From: Alkanindiges illinoisensis DSM 15370 | GTDB lineage: Bacteria > Pseudomonadota > Gammaproteobacteria > Pseudomonadales > Moraxellaceae | NCBI RefSeq assembly: GCF_000619845.1 | Contig: NZ_JHUX01000007.1 | Span: 1-32,000 of the forward strand | DNA: 32,000 bases | Reading direction: 5' to 3' | Part shown: positions 1-7,707 of the stretch, piece after piece | How positions within the stretch are numbered: position 1 is the first letter of the stretch | How the letters are laid out: every line of letters begins with the position of its first letter | Notes under the pieces: model-generated | The model's input: the letters and a program-made list of their open reading frames with translations, nothing else | What the model was told of the DNA's origin: nothing | Databases searched by the model: none | Translations under genes and position numbers: made by a program

Positions 1-127
1 AAACCTTATGCTTGATTCAAGATACTAGTGACAAATATCAGACTCCATTGATTCATGACTAAATCTTAAAGCTAGTCTTTAAGTACAGCATTGGGTACTT
101 TGACCATAAGATCAAAGACCAACCAGT
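1..127 (+). other. rRNA operon spacer upstream of 5S (23S-5S intergenic spacer; the first bases, aaacctt, may be the extreme 3' end of 23S)
   Basis: Lies directly upstream of a clear 5S rRNA gene and has no ORF. The position is typical of a 23S-5S spacer. The 23S end itself cannot be verified from 7 nt. Confidence 0.4.
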
Positions 128-247
128 TGTGCTGGCGACCATAGCACGTGTGAACCACCTGATCCCTTCCCGAACTCAGAAGTGAAACCACGTTGCGCCA
201 ATGGTAGTGTGGCATTCGCCATGTGAGAGTAGGGCATCGCCAGCTCA
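128..247 (+). rRNA. rrf: 5S ribosomal RNA
   Basis: About 120 nt that align by eye to the E. coli 5S. The conserved core CCGAACTCAGAAGTGAAAC...GCGCC.ATGGTAGTGTGG...GAGAGTAGGG is present. Helix I pairs gctggcga (131-138) with tcgccagc (237-244). Ends are accurate to about +/-3 nt. Confidence 0.93.
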
Positions 248-257
248 TTATTCCTAA

Positions 258-289
258 GGGGATCAGTTCAAGACTGATCCCCTTTTTTA
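258..289 (+). terminator. Rho-independent terminator T1 of the rRNA operon
   Basis: Perfect hairpin ggggatcagt/actgatcccc (258-282) followed by a T6 run (283-288). Confidence 0.8.
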
Positions 290-348
290 TTTAGGGGTCG
301 TGACCTACAGGACTTGCGTGGCACTGCCACTCACAGCTCATTATTCAA

Positions 349-380
349 CCCCCATCAGTTAAACTGATGGGGGTTTCTTT
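349..380 (+). terminator. Second terminator-like hairpin T2 (a diverged duplicate of the T1 module)
   Basis: Hairpin cccccatcagt/actgatggggg (349-373) followed by tttcttt. It is preceded by the same 13-mer, cagctcattattc, that ends the 5S gene. Confidence 0.65.
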
Positions 381-460
381 ATGCCTAAAAATATACTCTC
401 AGCAAGCCTCGCCTTTAGAGGTAATCTGGCTGTGCTTTCAACGAGCTATAAATCGTCATT

Positions 461-488
461 AAAAAGCCCGCTTTACAAAGAGCAGGCT
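461..488 (-). terminator. Rho-independent terminator of the dioxygenase/condensation operon
   Basis: On the minus strand, agcctgct...agcgggct forms an 8 bp stem (one G-U pair) followed by ttttt. It lies 32 nt past the stop codon at 520. Confidence 0.6.
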
Positions 489-519
489 GTGCATCAGACT
501 GGAAAAATATAAATAACGC

Positions 520-1584
520 TTAAGCCCGAAACTGACTGGCATCAAATGCATTGGCCTGAATCTGTACCAGCTTACGATTGCCCTGTTCACCATTCATGCG
601 CCAGTGGCCAATCTTGATATTATCCACTAAAGCAATATCGCCTTTTTGCCAGTTCATTAAATAAGCCTTGTTGAAAATATTATCGAAAAGCTGGCGCTGT
701 TCAGTTGTACTCCAGTCTAGGCTATGGCCTTTGGCATCACATAATTCCCAGGTTAGATTCATCCCATCAGCGGTTGAATCTTTATTGATTTTTCCTCGAT
801 TTGGAAAAGCTTGAACTGCTGCTGCATGCGAAATTTCATTGGTATTTTTAGCAAAAGCCCAAGGCTGAATACAAAGCTCGCCAGTTTCAGGAACGCGGCA
901 AACTGCTGGACAAGGTGTCAAAGCCAAGTGTGCTTTGCCATCCGGGCGGACCAGCATGGTAAATGGGCTGCGTTTCAGCAGGATTTTGTCTACTAACCCG
1001 ACCTTGCGTTGTGAGATATAATAAAAACGGTTCCATGCCTTATAGTATTTTTCCTGTATCTTACTGGGCAGTTCCCGATAAACCTGACCCAAATCGACCA
1101 TGCCTGTTTCCGCTAGGTATGGCGCAGGCTCAAAACAGCAGAGTGCCAAATAGCGCGAGCGTTCAGAACGTACCCCACCTTCTACATGGGGTCCTTGGAT
1201 TGATGACTCAACCGGGCCAAGTTGCACGGTATTTTTGTCCAGATAGCGGCGATAGTCGCCAGCGCCCAATAAGCCTTCACTATATTTACGCAGCCAGCTG
1301 GCAATAAAAGCAGGCATATTATTATTGTTAAATGAGTTCCACGGTTCTAAGCCTAATCCCTGTGTAACCAGCTGATGAAATTCTTCGGTGCTGCACGGCG
1401 TAAATCCACGAAATAACAGCACACCGCGCTGGGCGATTTTTTCAATAAAATAATGCCGGTTAGCCTGCAAGATATGAATTAGTGTGGCTGTACTACAGGA
1501 CGTTTTAGGACTAAAAACCGTAATAAAATCGTGGCTGTCGATACTGTCAAGCTGATCTAGTGTTGGATTAAAAGCAGCGGTCAT
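520..1584 (-). CDS. Fe(II)/2-oxoglutarate dioxygenase, TauD/TfdA - clavaminate synthase-like (SyrP/AsnO-like)
   Basis: 354 aa. The N-terminal segment GVLLFRGF is typical of the family. The facial triad is H133-V-E135 (GPHVEGG) plus distal H327 (IGHWR), with R337 about 10 aa downstream as a candidate 2OG-binding Arg. Its ATG overlaps the upstream stop codon (ATGA). Confidence 0.75.
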   Translation of the reverse strand: MTAAFNPTLDQLDSIDSHDFITVFSPKTSCSTATLIHILQANRHYFIEKIAQRGVLLFRGFTPCSTEEFHQLVTQGLGLEPWNSFNNNNMPAFIASWLRKYSEGLLGAGDYRRYLDKNTVQLGPVESSIQGPHVEGGVRSERSRYLALCCFEPAPYLAETGMVDLGQVYRELPSKIQEKYYKAWNRFYYISQRKVGLVDKILLKRSPFTMLVRPDGKAHLALTPCPAVCRVPETGELCIQPWAFAKNTNEISHAAAVQAFPNRGKINKDSTADGMNLTWELCDAKGHSLDWSTTEQRQLFDNIFNKAYLMNWQKGDIALVDNIKIGHWRMNGEQGNRKLVQIQANAFDASQFRA

Positions 1585-2927
1585 GTTGATATCTCATCAA
1601 GCTTTAAAGTAATGGTTGCCTGTTCAGGCAAGGCAGTATTCAGGTTGGCTAAGTAGCGCTGGATAAATGTTTTAATCAGGGCGGGTTGCAAGGCTGGCAC
1701 ATTGTATGAAAAGGTAAGTTGTACCCGTCCTGCAAATGTAGTGGTTGCCAGGCAAATCAACGGCTTATCCAGATAATTCAAGCTAGGTAGGTTGATAAAG
1801 CGCTGTAGGGTAAGTTCACCATACTGCTGCTGATAATTCACCCGGCCCATATTGGTAAAGTGAACACTATTGCGCGAATTCTTGTTAATAATCTCAAGCA
1901 GTTGCTGAGGCTGTTTTTTAAGGGACATGATTAGGCGGCGAAGCCACAAGCCAAAAGCAATGTGTTCACGTGACAGCTTCTGCTTAAAGTCCTGATTAAC
2001 CAGTTGGCTAATTTGCCAGATATCAGCCGCGGGCGTTACCTGAAACATCCCGTCAATGGCAGAGGCAAAATAACCCACTTCCTGATGGCACGGTTGTTTA
2101 AGCTTGGGTAATACACTAATGGCCGTACTCAGCAAAATGGGCTTGCTGTCAGAGTCATTAATAAACTCGGCAGCCGTTAACAATAGGGCACTGCTTAGCA
2201 AGCCATGCATGCTGCTTTGTTTGGTCTTGCAGGCATGAACCAGTCTTTGGGTGAGCGCTGCGTCCAGCCAGTGTTCCTGAAAACAGGTTTGAGTTTTTTG
2301 GAATGGGGCTAGGGTCGGAACAGAAAATTGTGCCACAGCCTGCGGACGTAACAGTTTGCCAATGGTCTTCAGGTTATGGCGGATGGAATGCCATAAACTG
2401 CCGTCTTCCAATAACTCATCATAGGGTGGCAATGGTGCACGCGGTTGCAGATAAGTGGGAGAGCCTGAATAGCAATGCAGAATCTCACTAATCATGGTGT
2501 CTACCGACAAGCCATCCATCAGCGCATGATTAAACGAAAATAGTAGCTCTGAGGTATTGTGACCATGCACTAGTACAAAATGGCATAAAGGCTTGGCAGG
2601 CTGGTTAATAGGCTGATTCACCTGTTGTTCTGCTACACTGTGCCAGTGCTGATCTGACTCGCGCTTAATACGAATAAGGGGAATGTCCACTACCTGTGGA
2701 AAATGAAAACTGGGCGGTGACTGCTCAATAATCTGGGCGCGCAGCATAGGGAAAATATAGCTAACATGCCGAATGGCCTGTTGTAGTCTGAACGGATCAA
2801 TTGATCCATCAATCTGGGCGATAACCACCCCGGTATTGGATGCAGCCTGACTCATTCGCCACCATAACAGTTCTCCTGAACCCAGTGGACGATTGGCAAA
2901 CGCAGGTGCTGACGCTAAAAATGTCAT
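1581..2927 (-). CDS. Stand-alone condensation-domain / PapA5-like HxxxDG acyltransferase
   Basis: 448 aa. The active-site motif is N133-H134-ALM-D138-G139 (FNHALMDGLS), an HHxxxDG variant that keeps the catalytic second His. An N-terminal C1-like segment (RPLGSGELLWWRMSQ) is present. The size equals one C domain. No A or T domains are present. Confidence 0.7.
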   Translation of the reverse strand: MTFLASAPAFANRPLGSGELLWWRMSQAASNTGVVIAQIDGSIDPFRLQQAIRHVSYIFPMLRAQIIEQSPPSFHFPQVVDIPLIRIKRESDQHWHSVAEQQVNQPINQPAKPLCHFVLVHGHNTSELLFSFNHALMDGLSVDTMISEILHCYSGSPTYLQPRAPLPPYDELLEDGSLWHSIRHNLKTIGKLLRPQAVAQFSVPTLAPFQKTQTCFQEHWLDAALTQRLVHACKTKQSSMHGLLSSALLLTAAEFINDSDSKPILLSTAISVLPKLKQPCHQEVGYFASAIDGMFQVTPAADIWQISQLVNQDFKQKLSREHIAFGLWLRRLIMSLKKQPQQLLEIINKNSRNSVHFTNMGRVNYQQQYGELTLQRFINLPSLNYLDKPLICLATTTFAGRVQLTFSYNVPALQPALIKTFIQRYLANLNTALPEQATITLKLDEIST

Positions 2928-2979
2928 GGCGAAGACTCAATCTGTTATCTGCCGTACCGGCAATTTTTGTTGTTTTTAG

Positions 2980-3004
2980 GTTATCATATCGCCAATATGA
3001 TAAC
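2980..3004. promoter_or_regulatory. Candidate operator: perfect 10-5-10 inverted repeat GTTATCATAT-cgcca-ATATGATAAC
   Basis: Read directly from the sequence. It lies 53-77 bp upstream of the condensation-gene ATG (2927, minus strand), in the promoter zone. Confidence 0.35.
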
Positions 3005-3100
3005 AAGATCAGGCCTTCAAGCCAGTTTTTTGACGGGAAAATTATTAAAAAAATTTTAAGATTCAATAACCTTTGAAAATATAATTCATGCTTTTCTGTT

Positions 3101-3136
3101 TTTATCACTGAGTGATAAATATATTCTGATTTATCA
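3101..3136. promoter_or_regulatory. Array of TTATCA/TGATAA inverted repeats (TTTATCAC-tga-GTGATAAA, then TGATAAAT-N8-ATTTATCA)
   Basis: Read directly from the sequence, in the AT-rich divergent spacer between the condensation operon and the DUF805 gene. Confidence 0.3.
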
Positions 3137-3326
3137 AGCAACCCATGGCATAAAAACTCATTGTTGAATACCTTAAAGTGCGCTATATATTTTTTAACCA
3201 GTTTTAAATAAATAAGCTGGCCAGGTGAAGGTTTTTTGAGCACAAGCGTTTCACTGTAACCGCTATCAAAAGAATAATGACGATAACAACAGTGAAATAC
3301 TGACAAAGAAACACGAGAGGTGGGTG

Positions 3327-3710
3327 ATGAACTGGTATCTCAAAGTGGTTAAGGATAATTACGCCAACTTCAAGGGCAGAGCCAGACGGCATGAATACTG
3401 GATGTTTGCCTTTATTAATTTAATGATTGCAGTGCTACTGAGCATTATGGATGCAGTGGTATTCGGCCCGGGTAATTTCATGCTAAGCAGCTTATATATG
3501 CTGGTTGTACTTATTCCGGGTATTGCCGTAGCTGTACGGCGCCTACATGACACTGGCCGTAGTGGCTGGTGGATGCTGCTGGCATTGATTCCAGTGGTTG
3601 GAGTCGTGGCCTTAATTGTGATGATGTGTGTAGATAGCACGCCTGCACCCAATCGCTATGGCGCAAATCCTAAACGCGTCGGCAATCATATGCAGCCACT
3701 GCATCCTTAA
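3327..3710 (+). CDS. DUF805 family inner-membrane protein (YhaH/YhaI-like)
   Basis: Carries the family signature: N-terminal F.GRARRHEYW, TM helices, and RRLHDTGRSGWW. I prefer the ATG at 3327 (RBS gagagg 3315-3320) over the GTG at 3324 used in the ORF track. Confidence 0.8.
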   Translation: MNWYLKVVKDNYANFKGRARRHEYWMFAFINLMIAVLLSIMDAVVFGPGNFMLSSLYMLVVLIPGIAVAVRRLHDTGRSGWWMLLALIPVVGVVALIVMMCVDSTPAPNRYGANPKRVGNHMQPLHP

Positions 3711-3753
3711 AGTCTTAATAGCTGATAAATACGTTTTAAGGATAGGCTGGCAG

Positions 3754-3786
3754 AAAAAATAAGGTGAAACTCATGGTTTCACCTTA
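3754..3786 (-). terminator. Rho-independent terminator (minus strand; hairpin shared by the convergent genes)
   Basis: Perfect 11 bp stem TAAGGTGAAAC/GTTTCACCTTA (3760-3786) with a 5 nt loop. On the minus strand it is followed by T6 (complement of A 3754-3759). Confidence 0.75.
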
Positions 3787-3816
3787 AGTATGCTGACTAT
3801 TGCCGCAATGCTATCA

Positions 3817-4617
3817 CTAGCGTCGTGCCTGCTGATAAAGCGGCATGACTTTGGGCAATAGCGTTTGAATGGTACGAATACGGGTTTGCGACCCGGGGTG
3901 AGTACTCAAAAATTGGGGCGGCTCACCCTGACTGGCGGCTGACATCTTGTTCCACAGGGTAACCGCAGCCTGAGGATTATAGCCTGCCCGTGCCATGAGT
4001 TCGAGCCCCAGTGAGTCGGCTTCGCTTTCCTGACTGCGGCTAAAAGGCAGGTCAAGACCAAGTTGGGTGGCCATACCCGCAAGCTGGGTTTGTCCTTCAG
4101 TCAGGCCCACTGCTGAAGCCAGCACACTCAAGCCAAGCTGGGTGGCACTGCTACGCGAAGCACGCTCACGTCCATGTTCACGCAAGGCATGCGCCATTTC
4201 ATGACCCATAATTGCTGCAATTTCATCATCGGTTAATTTTAGACGGTCAATGATGCCAGTATAGAACATGATCTTGCCACCGGGTGCACAATAGGCATTC
4301 AGCTCATTGCTCTTGATGGTATTAACCTGCCAGTTCCAGGTGCGTGCATCTGGCCGGTAGACATTGACCTGTGGGATCAAACGATTGGCAATGCGCTGTA
4401 CTCGCTGTAGCTGGGCAGGATTAGGATTTAATACCCCTTTTTGCCGTGCTTCGGTCAGTACTTGCTGATAGCCCTGTGCAGCAGTCTGGTTAATTTCATC
4501 ACTGGACACTAGCAACAGCTGGCGACGGTCAACGCCTGTGGCACTATTCATGGTGGAGCTGGCACAACCAGACAGGGCAATGGCAGCCGATAAGCTAAGT
4601 AAAGTTAAAATACGCAC
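3817..4617 (-). CDS. M48 family zinc metalloprotease lipoprotein (YcaL/LoiP-like)
   Basis: Has a signal peptide with lipobox LSGC, the HEMAHALREH (HExxH) motif, and a downstream E in SQESEAD. At 266 aa it is similar in size to E. coli YcaL. Confidence 0.85.
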   Translation of the reverse strand: MRILTLLSLSAAIALSGCASSTMNSATGVDRRQLLLVSSDEINQTAAQGYQQVLTEARQKGVLNPNPAQLQRVQRIANRLIPQVNVYRPDARTWNWQVNTIKSNELNAYCAPGGKIMFYTGIIDRLKLTDDEIAAIMGHEMAHALREHGRERASRSSATQLGLSVLASAVGLTEGQTQLAGMATQLGLDLPFSRSQESEADSLGLELMARAGYNPQAAVTLWNKMSAASQGEPPQFLSTHPGSQTRIRTIQTLLPKVMPLYQQARR

Positions 4618-4872
4618 GGAAGAATCCTCTACAATGGGCTATTTTTAGTGTGAGCTGGCAGGCGGCTGGCAAAACGCATGATAATTGGATCTGTTTTTAG
4701 CCAGGATACTGACCAGATTGCTGTTTTAAATCTTGGGGTTAACATAAAACCAAATCAGCAGGGGATTCCATAGGGTTTTTGTAGGTAAATCACAAATTCT
4801 CTTTAAAATAGATGAATTATTGATAGGTTTGACTATAAAAACGCCATTTGCAGTGAAAAAATCTGAAAATGC

Positions 4873-4900
4873 TTGACTCAGCTTCATTACAGGTTAAGAT
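4873..4900 (+). promoter_or_regulatory. Sigma70-type promoter of tRNA-Gly
   Basis: TTGACT (4873-4878), a 16 bp spacer, then TAAGAT (4895-4900). A GC-rich discriminator (agcggcc) follows, just before the tRNA 5' end. Confidence 0.6.
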
Positions 4901-4910
4901 AGCGGCCTAC

Positions 4911-4986
<76 letters not shown>

Positions 4987-5019
4987 GATTTTATGTGGTG
5001 CCAAAATTCCACAGCTAAA

Positions 5020-5046
5020 GGCCAGACGATGTTCTGGCCTTTTTGT
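5020..5046 (+). terminator. Rho-independent terminator after tRNA-Gly
   Basis: Hairpin ggccaga/tctggcc (5020-5039) followed by tttttg. Confidence 0.8.
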
Positions 5047-5222
5047 ATTGTTTTTTGCACTTTATGCTGATGGTTATTGTTCTAAACTAAAGTGAATTTA
5101 ACTTGTGTTTAGCCCGTGGGTTTTTTACCATTTGCATGTTTGATCACTCATGTTTAATCACCCCATCCATTCACTATTTTTATCGTGTTAGTGCTTGATG
5201 GCGATACAGGATATATAAAAAA

Positions 5223-6131
5223 ATGACGCAACAGGCAACCTCCATTCATGGCTCAATTGTCGCATTGGTCACGCCAATGCATAACGATGGTAGCGTGGAC
5301 TGGGACGCGTTGAAGAAGCTCGTCGAGTGGCACATTGAGCAGGGAACACACAGTATTGTCGCGGTAGGAACCACGGGTGAATCCGCCACGCTGGATGTTG
5401 AAGAACATGCCCAAGTGATTGAGGCTGTCATTAAGGCAGCAGCAGGCCGTATTCCAATCATTGCAGGCACTGGCGCCAATTCAACCCGTGAAGCCATTGA
5501 GCTGACCGAAACTGCCCGGAAACTGGGTGCTGATGCAGCCCTGCTGGTTACACCCTATTATAATAAACCCACGCAGGAAGGCCTGTACCAGCATTATAAG
5601 GCGGTTGCCGAAGCAGTAGACCTGCCGCAGATTTTATATAATGTTCCTGGCCGTACTGGTGTGGACATGCATAATGACACCGTAATCCGCTTGGCTGATG
5701 TAGACCGCATTGTCGGGATTAAGGATGCCACTGGTGACCTGAATCGTGGCCATGATCTGATTAATCGCCTAGACCAGAAAATTGCCGTGTATTCCGGTGA
5801 TGATGCCACAGCCTATCGCCTGATATTGCTGGGGGCACAGGGCAATATTTCGGTAACTGCAAATGTGGCGCCAGGTGTGATGAGTCAGGTTTGCGAAGCT
5901 GCAAAAGTAGGAAATCGTGAACAAGCTGAACAAGCTGAACAACTTAATAACAGCATTGCCGTGTTGCATCAGATATTATTCTGTGAATCGAATCCAATTC
6001 CGGTAAAATGGGCGTTAAGTGATATGGGCCTGATTGGCACCGGAATTCGTCTGCCACTCACTGTTCTGGCAGAGTCTTATCAGCCACAGGTTCATCAGGC
6101 ATTGTTGGACAGTGGTGTTATTGTGCGCTAA
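5223..6131 (+). CDS. dapA: 4-hydroxy-tetrahydrodipicolinate synthase
   Basis: 302 aa. Motifs GSIVALVTPM, GTTGESATL, YNVPGRTG, GIKDATG and NPIPVKWA are collinear with E. coli DapA. Confidence 0.95.
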   Translation: MTQQATSIHGSIVALVTPMHNDGSVDWDALKKLVEWHIEQGTHSIVAVGTTGESATLDVEEHAQVIEAVIKAAAGRIPIIAGTGANSTREAIELTETARKLGADAALLVTPYYNKPTQEGLYQHYKAVAEAVDLPQILYNVPGRTGVDMHNDTVIRLADVDRIVGIKDATGDLNRGHDLINRLDQKIAVYSGDDATAYRLILLGAQGNISVTANVAPGVMSQVCEAAKVGNREQAEQAEQLNNSIAVLHQILFCESNPIPVKWALSDMGLIGTGIRLPLTVLAESYQPQVHQALLDSGVIVR

Positions 6132-6155
6132 CACGCCCTTATTTGAGGATTAACC

Positions 6156-6767
6156 ATGCTGTATCGCGTTGGGCTTGTATTGGGTTTATCACTGCTAACC
6201 CTGGCTGTTACCCCGGGCTGTAGCCGCTTTAGCGTTGACAATCATTCGCTGGCCTATAAAGAGGCAACCGTATTGCCGCCCTTGCAGTTGCCTGCTGGTG
6301 AAACCCGTCCAATGACTGCTATCTATCCGGCTCCTGCCATTAGCCCTGCTGCCATGCAATCTGCACCAGACTTTGCCAACAAGAAAGGCAACCGGTTTGA
6401 AATGCCCCGTCCACAAAACAGCGGCGTCGTGAATGCAGATAATGCCAGTGTGGGCATTGGTGCGCCATCGCGTCCTGCACTGGTGACCGATGGCAATGGT
6501 TATCCGCTATTAAAGATTGAAGGTGATGCCAACCGGATATGGGATCTGCTGGCAGCAACTTTAAGTGTGGTCAATATCACAGTGGTTGACCGTAACCAGA
6601 GTGCAGGCTGGGTTTCTATTAAAACCAATAACCAAACTGTTTATCTACGTCTGAACCGTGCCGGTACCATCACCACGATTACCGTGCAGGATGAAAAAAA
6701 TGCGCTGATTGACAAAAATCTGGCGTCTGATGTGCTTGTTCAACTTAACCAAAATTGGCCGGCCTAA
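6156..6767 (+). CDS. Lipoprotein, probable BamC/NlpB-like (short form)
   Basis: Has a signal peptide ending ...AVTPGCS (a weak lipobox). It occupies the conserved slot between dapA and purC where nlpB/bamC sits in E. coli. It is only 203 aa against 344 aa in E. coli. The call rests mainly on synteny. Confidence 0.5.
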   Translation: MLYRVGLVLGLSLLTLAVTPGCSRFSVDNHSLAYKEATVLPPLQLPAGETRPMTAIYPAPAISPAAMQSAPDFANKKGNRFEMPRPQNSGVVNADNASVGIGAPSRPALVTDGNGYPLLKIEGDANRIWDLLAATLSVVNITVVDRNQSAGWVSIKTNNQTVYLRLNRAGTITTITVQDEKNALIDKNLASDVLVQLNQNWPA

Positions 6768-6797
6768 CGCGGTAATCTCTTTTTAAAAGGTCCTGTA

Positions 6798-7520
6798 ATG
6801 GAAAAGCAATCCTTACTTTATACGGGTAAAGCAAAATCAGTTTATGAAACCGAAGATGCTGATCATTTAATTCTGGTGTTTCGTGACGATACCTCTGCCT
6901 TTGACGGTAAAAAAGTTGAACAACTGGCACGCAAGGGTAAGGTCAACAACCGCTTCAATGCATTTATCATGCAAAAGTTGCAGGAAGCCGGAATTGAAAC
7001 CCACTTTGAAAAACTGCTATCCAGCAATGAAGTGCTGGTCAAGCGTTTAAAAATGATTCCGGTTGAATGTGTCATCCGCAATTATGCAGCCGGTAGCCTG
7101 TGCCGTCGTCTGGGTATTGAAGAAGGGACAGCACTGACCCCGCCTACCTTTGAGCTGTTCTATAAGGATGATGCGCTGGGTGATCCGATGGTGAATGAGT
7201 CACTGTCAGTGACCATGGGCTGGGCCACTGAAGACCAGTTAAAGCAGATGAAGGCACTCACTTATCAGGTGAATGAGGTGCTAAGCAAGCTGTTTGATGC
7301 CGGCAATATGCTGCTGGTGGATTTTAAGCTGGAGTTTGGCGTATTCCATGACCGCGTGATTCTGGGTGATGAATTTTCACCGGATGGTTGCCGCCTGTGG
7401 GACAAGGACACCAAGAAAAAACTGGATAAAGACCGTTTCCGTCAGGGGCTTGGCAGTGTGGTGGAGGCGTATGAAGAAGTTTCCCTACGTCTGGGTGTGA
7501 ATTTAAGCGATATTGATTGA
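6798..7520 (+). CDS. purC: Phosphoribosylaminoimidazole-succinocarboxamide (SAICAR) synthase
   Basis: 240 aa. [30 protein letters not shown] and DKDRFR are collinear with E. coli PurC. Confidence 0.95.
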   Translation: MEKQSLLYTGKAKSVYETEDADHLILVFRDDTSAFDGKKVEQLARKGKVNNRFNAFIMQKLQEAGIETHFEKLLSSNEVLVKRLKMIPVECVIRNYAAGSLCRRLGIEEGTALTPPTFELFYKDDALGDPMVNESLSVTMGWATEDQLKQMKALTYQVNEVLSKLFDAGNMLLVDFKLEFGVFHDRVILGDEFSPDGCRLWDKDTKKKLDKDRFRQGLGSVVEAYEEVSLRLGVNLSDID

Positions 7521-7578
7521 GTCTATTGACTAGGCCTATTGGCTTGGCGATGAAAATGACCTGATTTATTCAGGTGCT

Positions 7579-7616
7579 AAAAAACCGTGGTTCTGACTGG
7601 AATTGCGGTTTTTTTA
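7579..7616 (+). terminator. Probable terminator after purC
   Basis: aaaaccg...cggtttt stem extended by G-U pairs, followed by a T7 run (7609-7615). Confidence 0.55.
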
Positions 7617-7627
7617 TGGGAAAAACT

Positions 7628-7643
7628 GACAATATTTATTGTC
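7628..7643. promoter_or_regulatory. Operator O1: GACAATA-tt-TATTGTC (same half-sites as 26573-26588)
   Basis: Perfect 7-2-7 palindrome 65 bp upstream of the esterase ATG. A further half-site-like TcTTGTC lies at 7648-7654, overlapping a possible -35 TTGTCA (7650-7655). Confidence 0.55.
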
Positions 7644-7707
7644 TAAATCTTGTCAAAATGAACTGGGCAGTTCAATATAACGGCAGTTGACGTTTCAGGA
7701 AGCAATA

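Noticed and set aside
2809-3306. 165 aa ORF on the minus strand spanning the AT-rich divergent spacer
   Set aside because: It overlaps the 5' 119 nt of the well-supported condensation-domain gene in another frame. Its composition is a low-complexity AT-rich translation (many K/I/L/F/Y). It has no RBS or recognisable motif. It is most likely a chance ORF in AT-rich DNA.
5109-5130. Tiny GC hairpin plus T-run (agcccgtgggtttttt) upstream of dapA as a possible attenuator or riboswitch terminator
   Set aside because: The stem is only 3-4 bp, and no recognisable lysine-riboswitch or leader-peptide features surround it.
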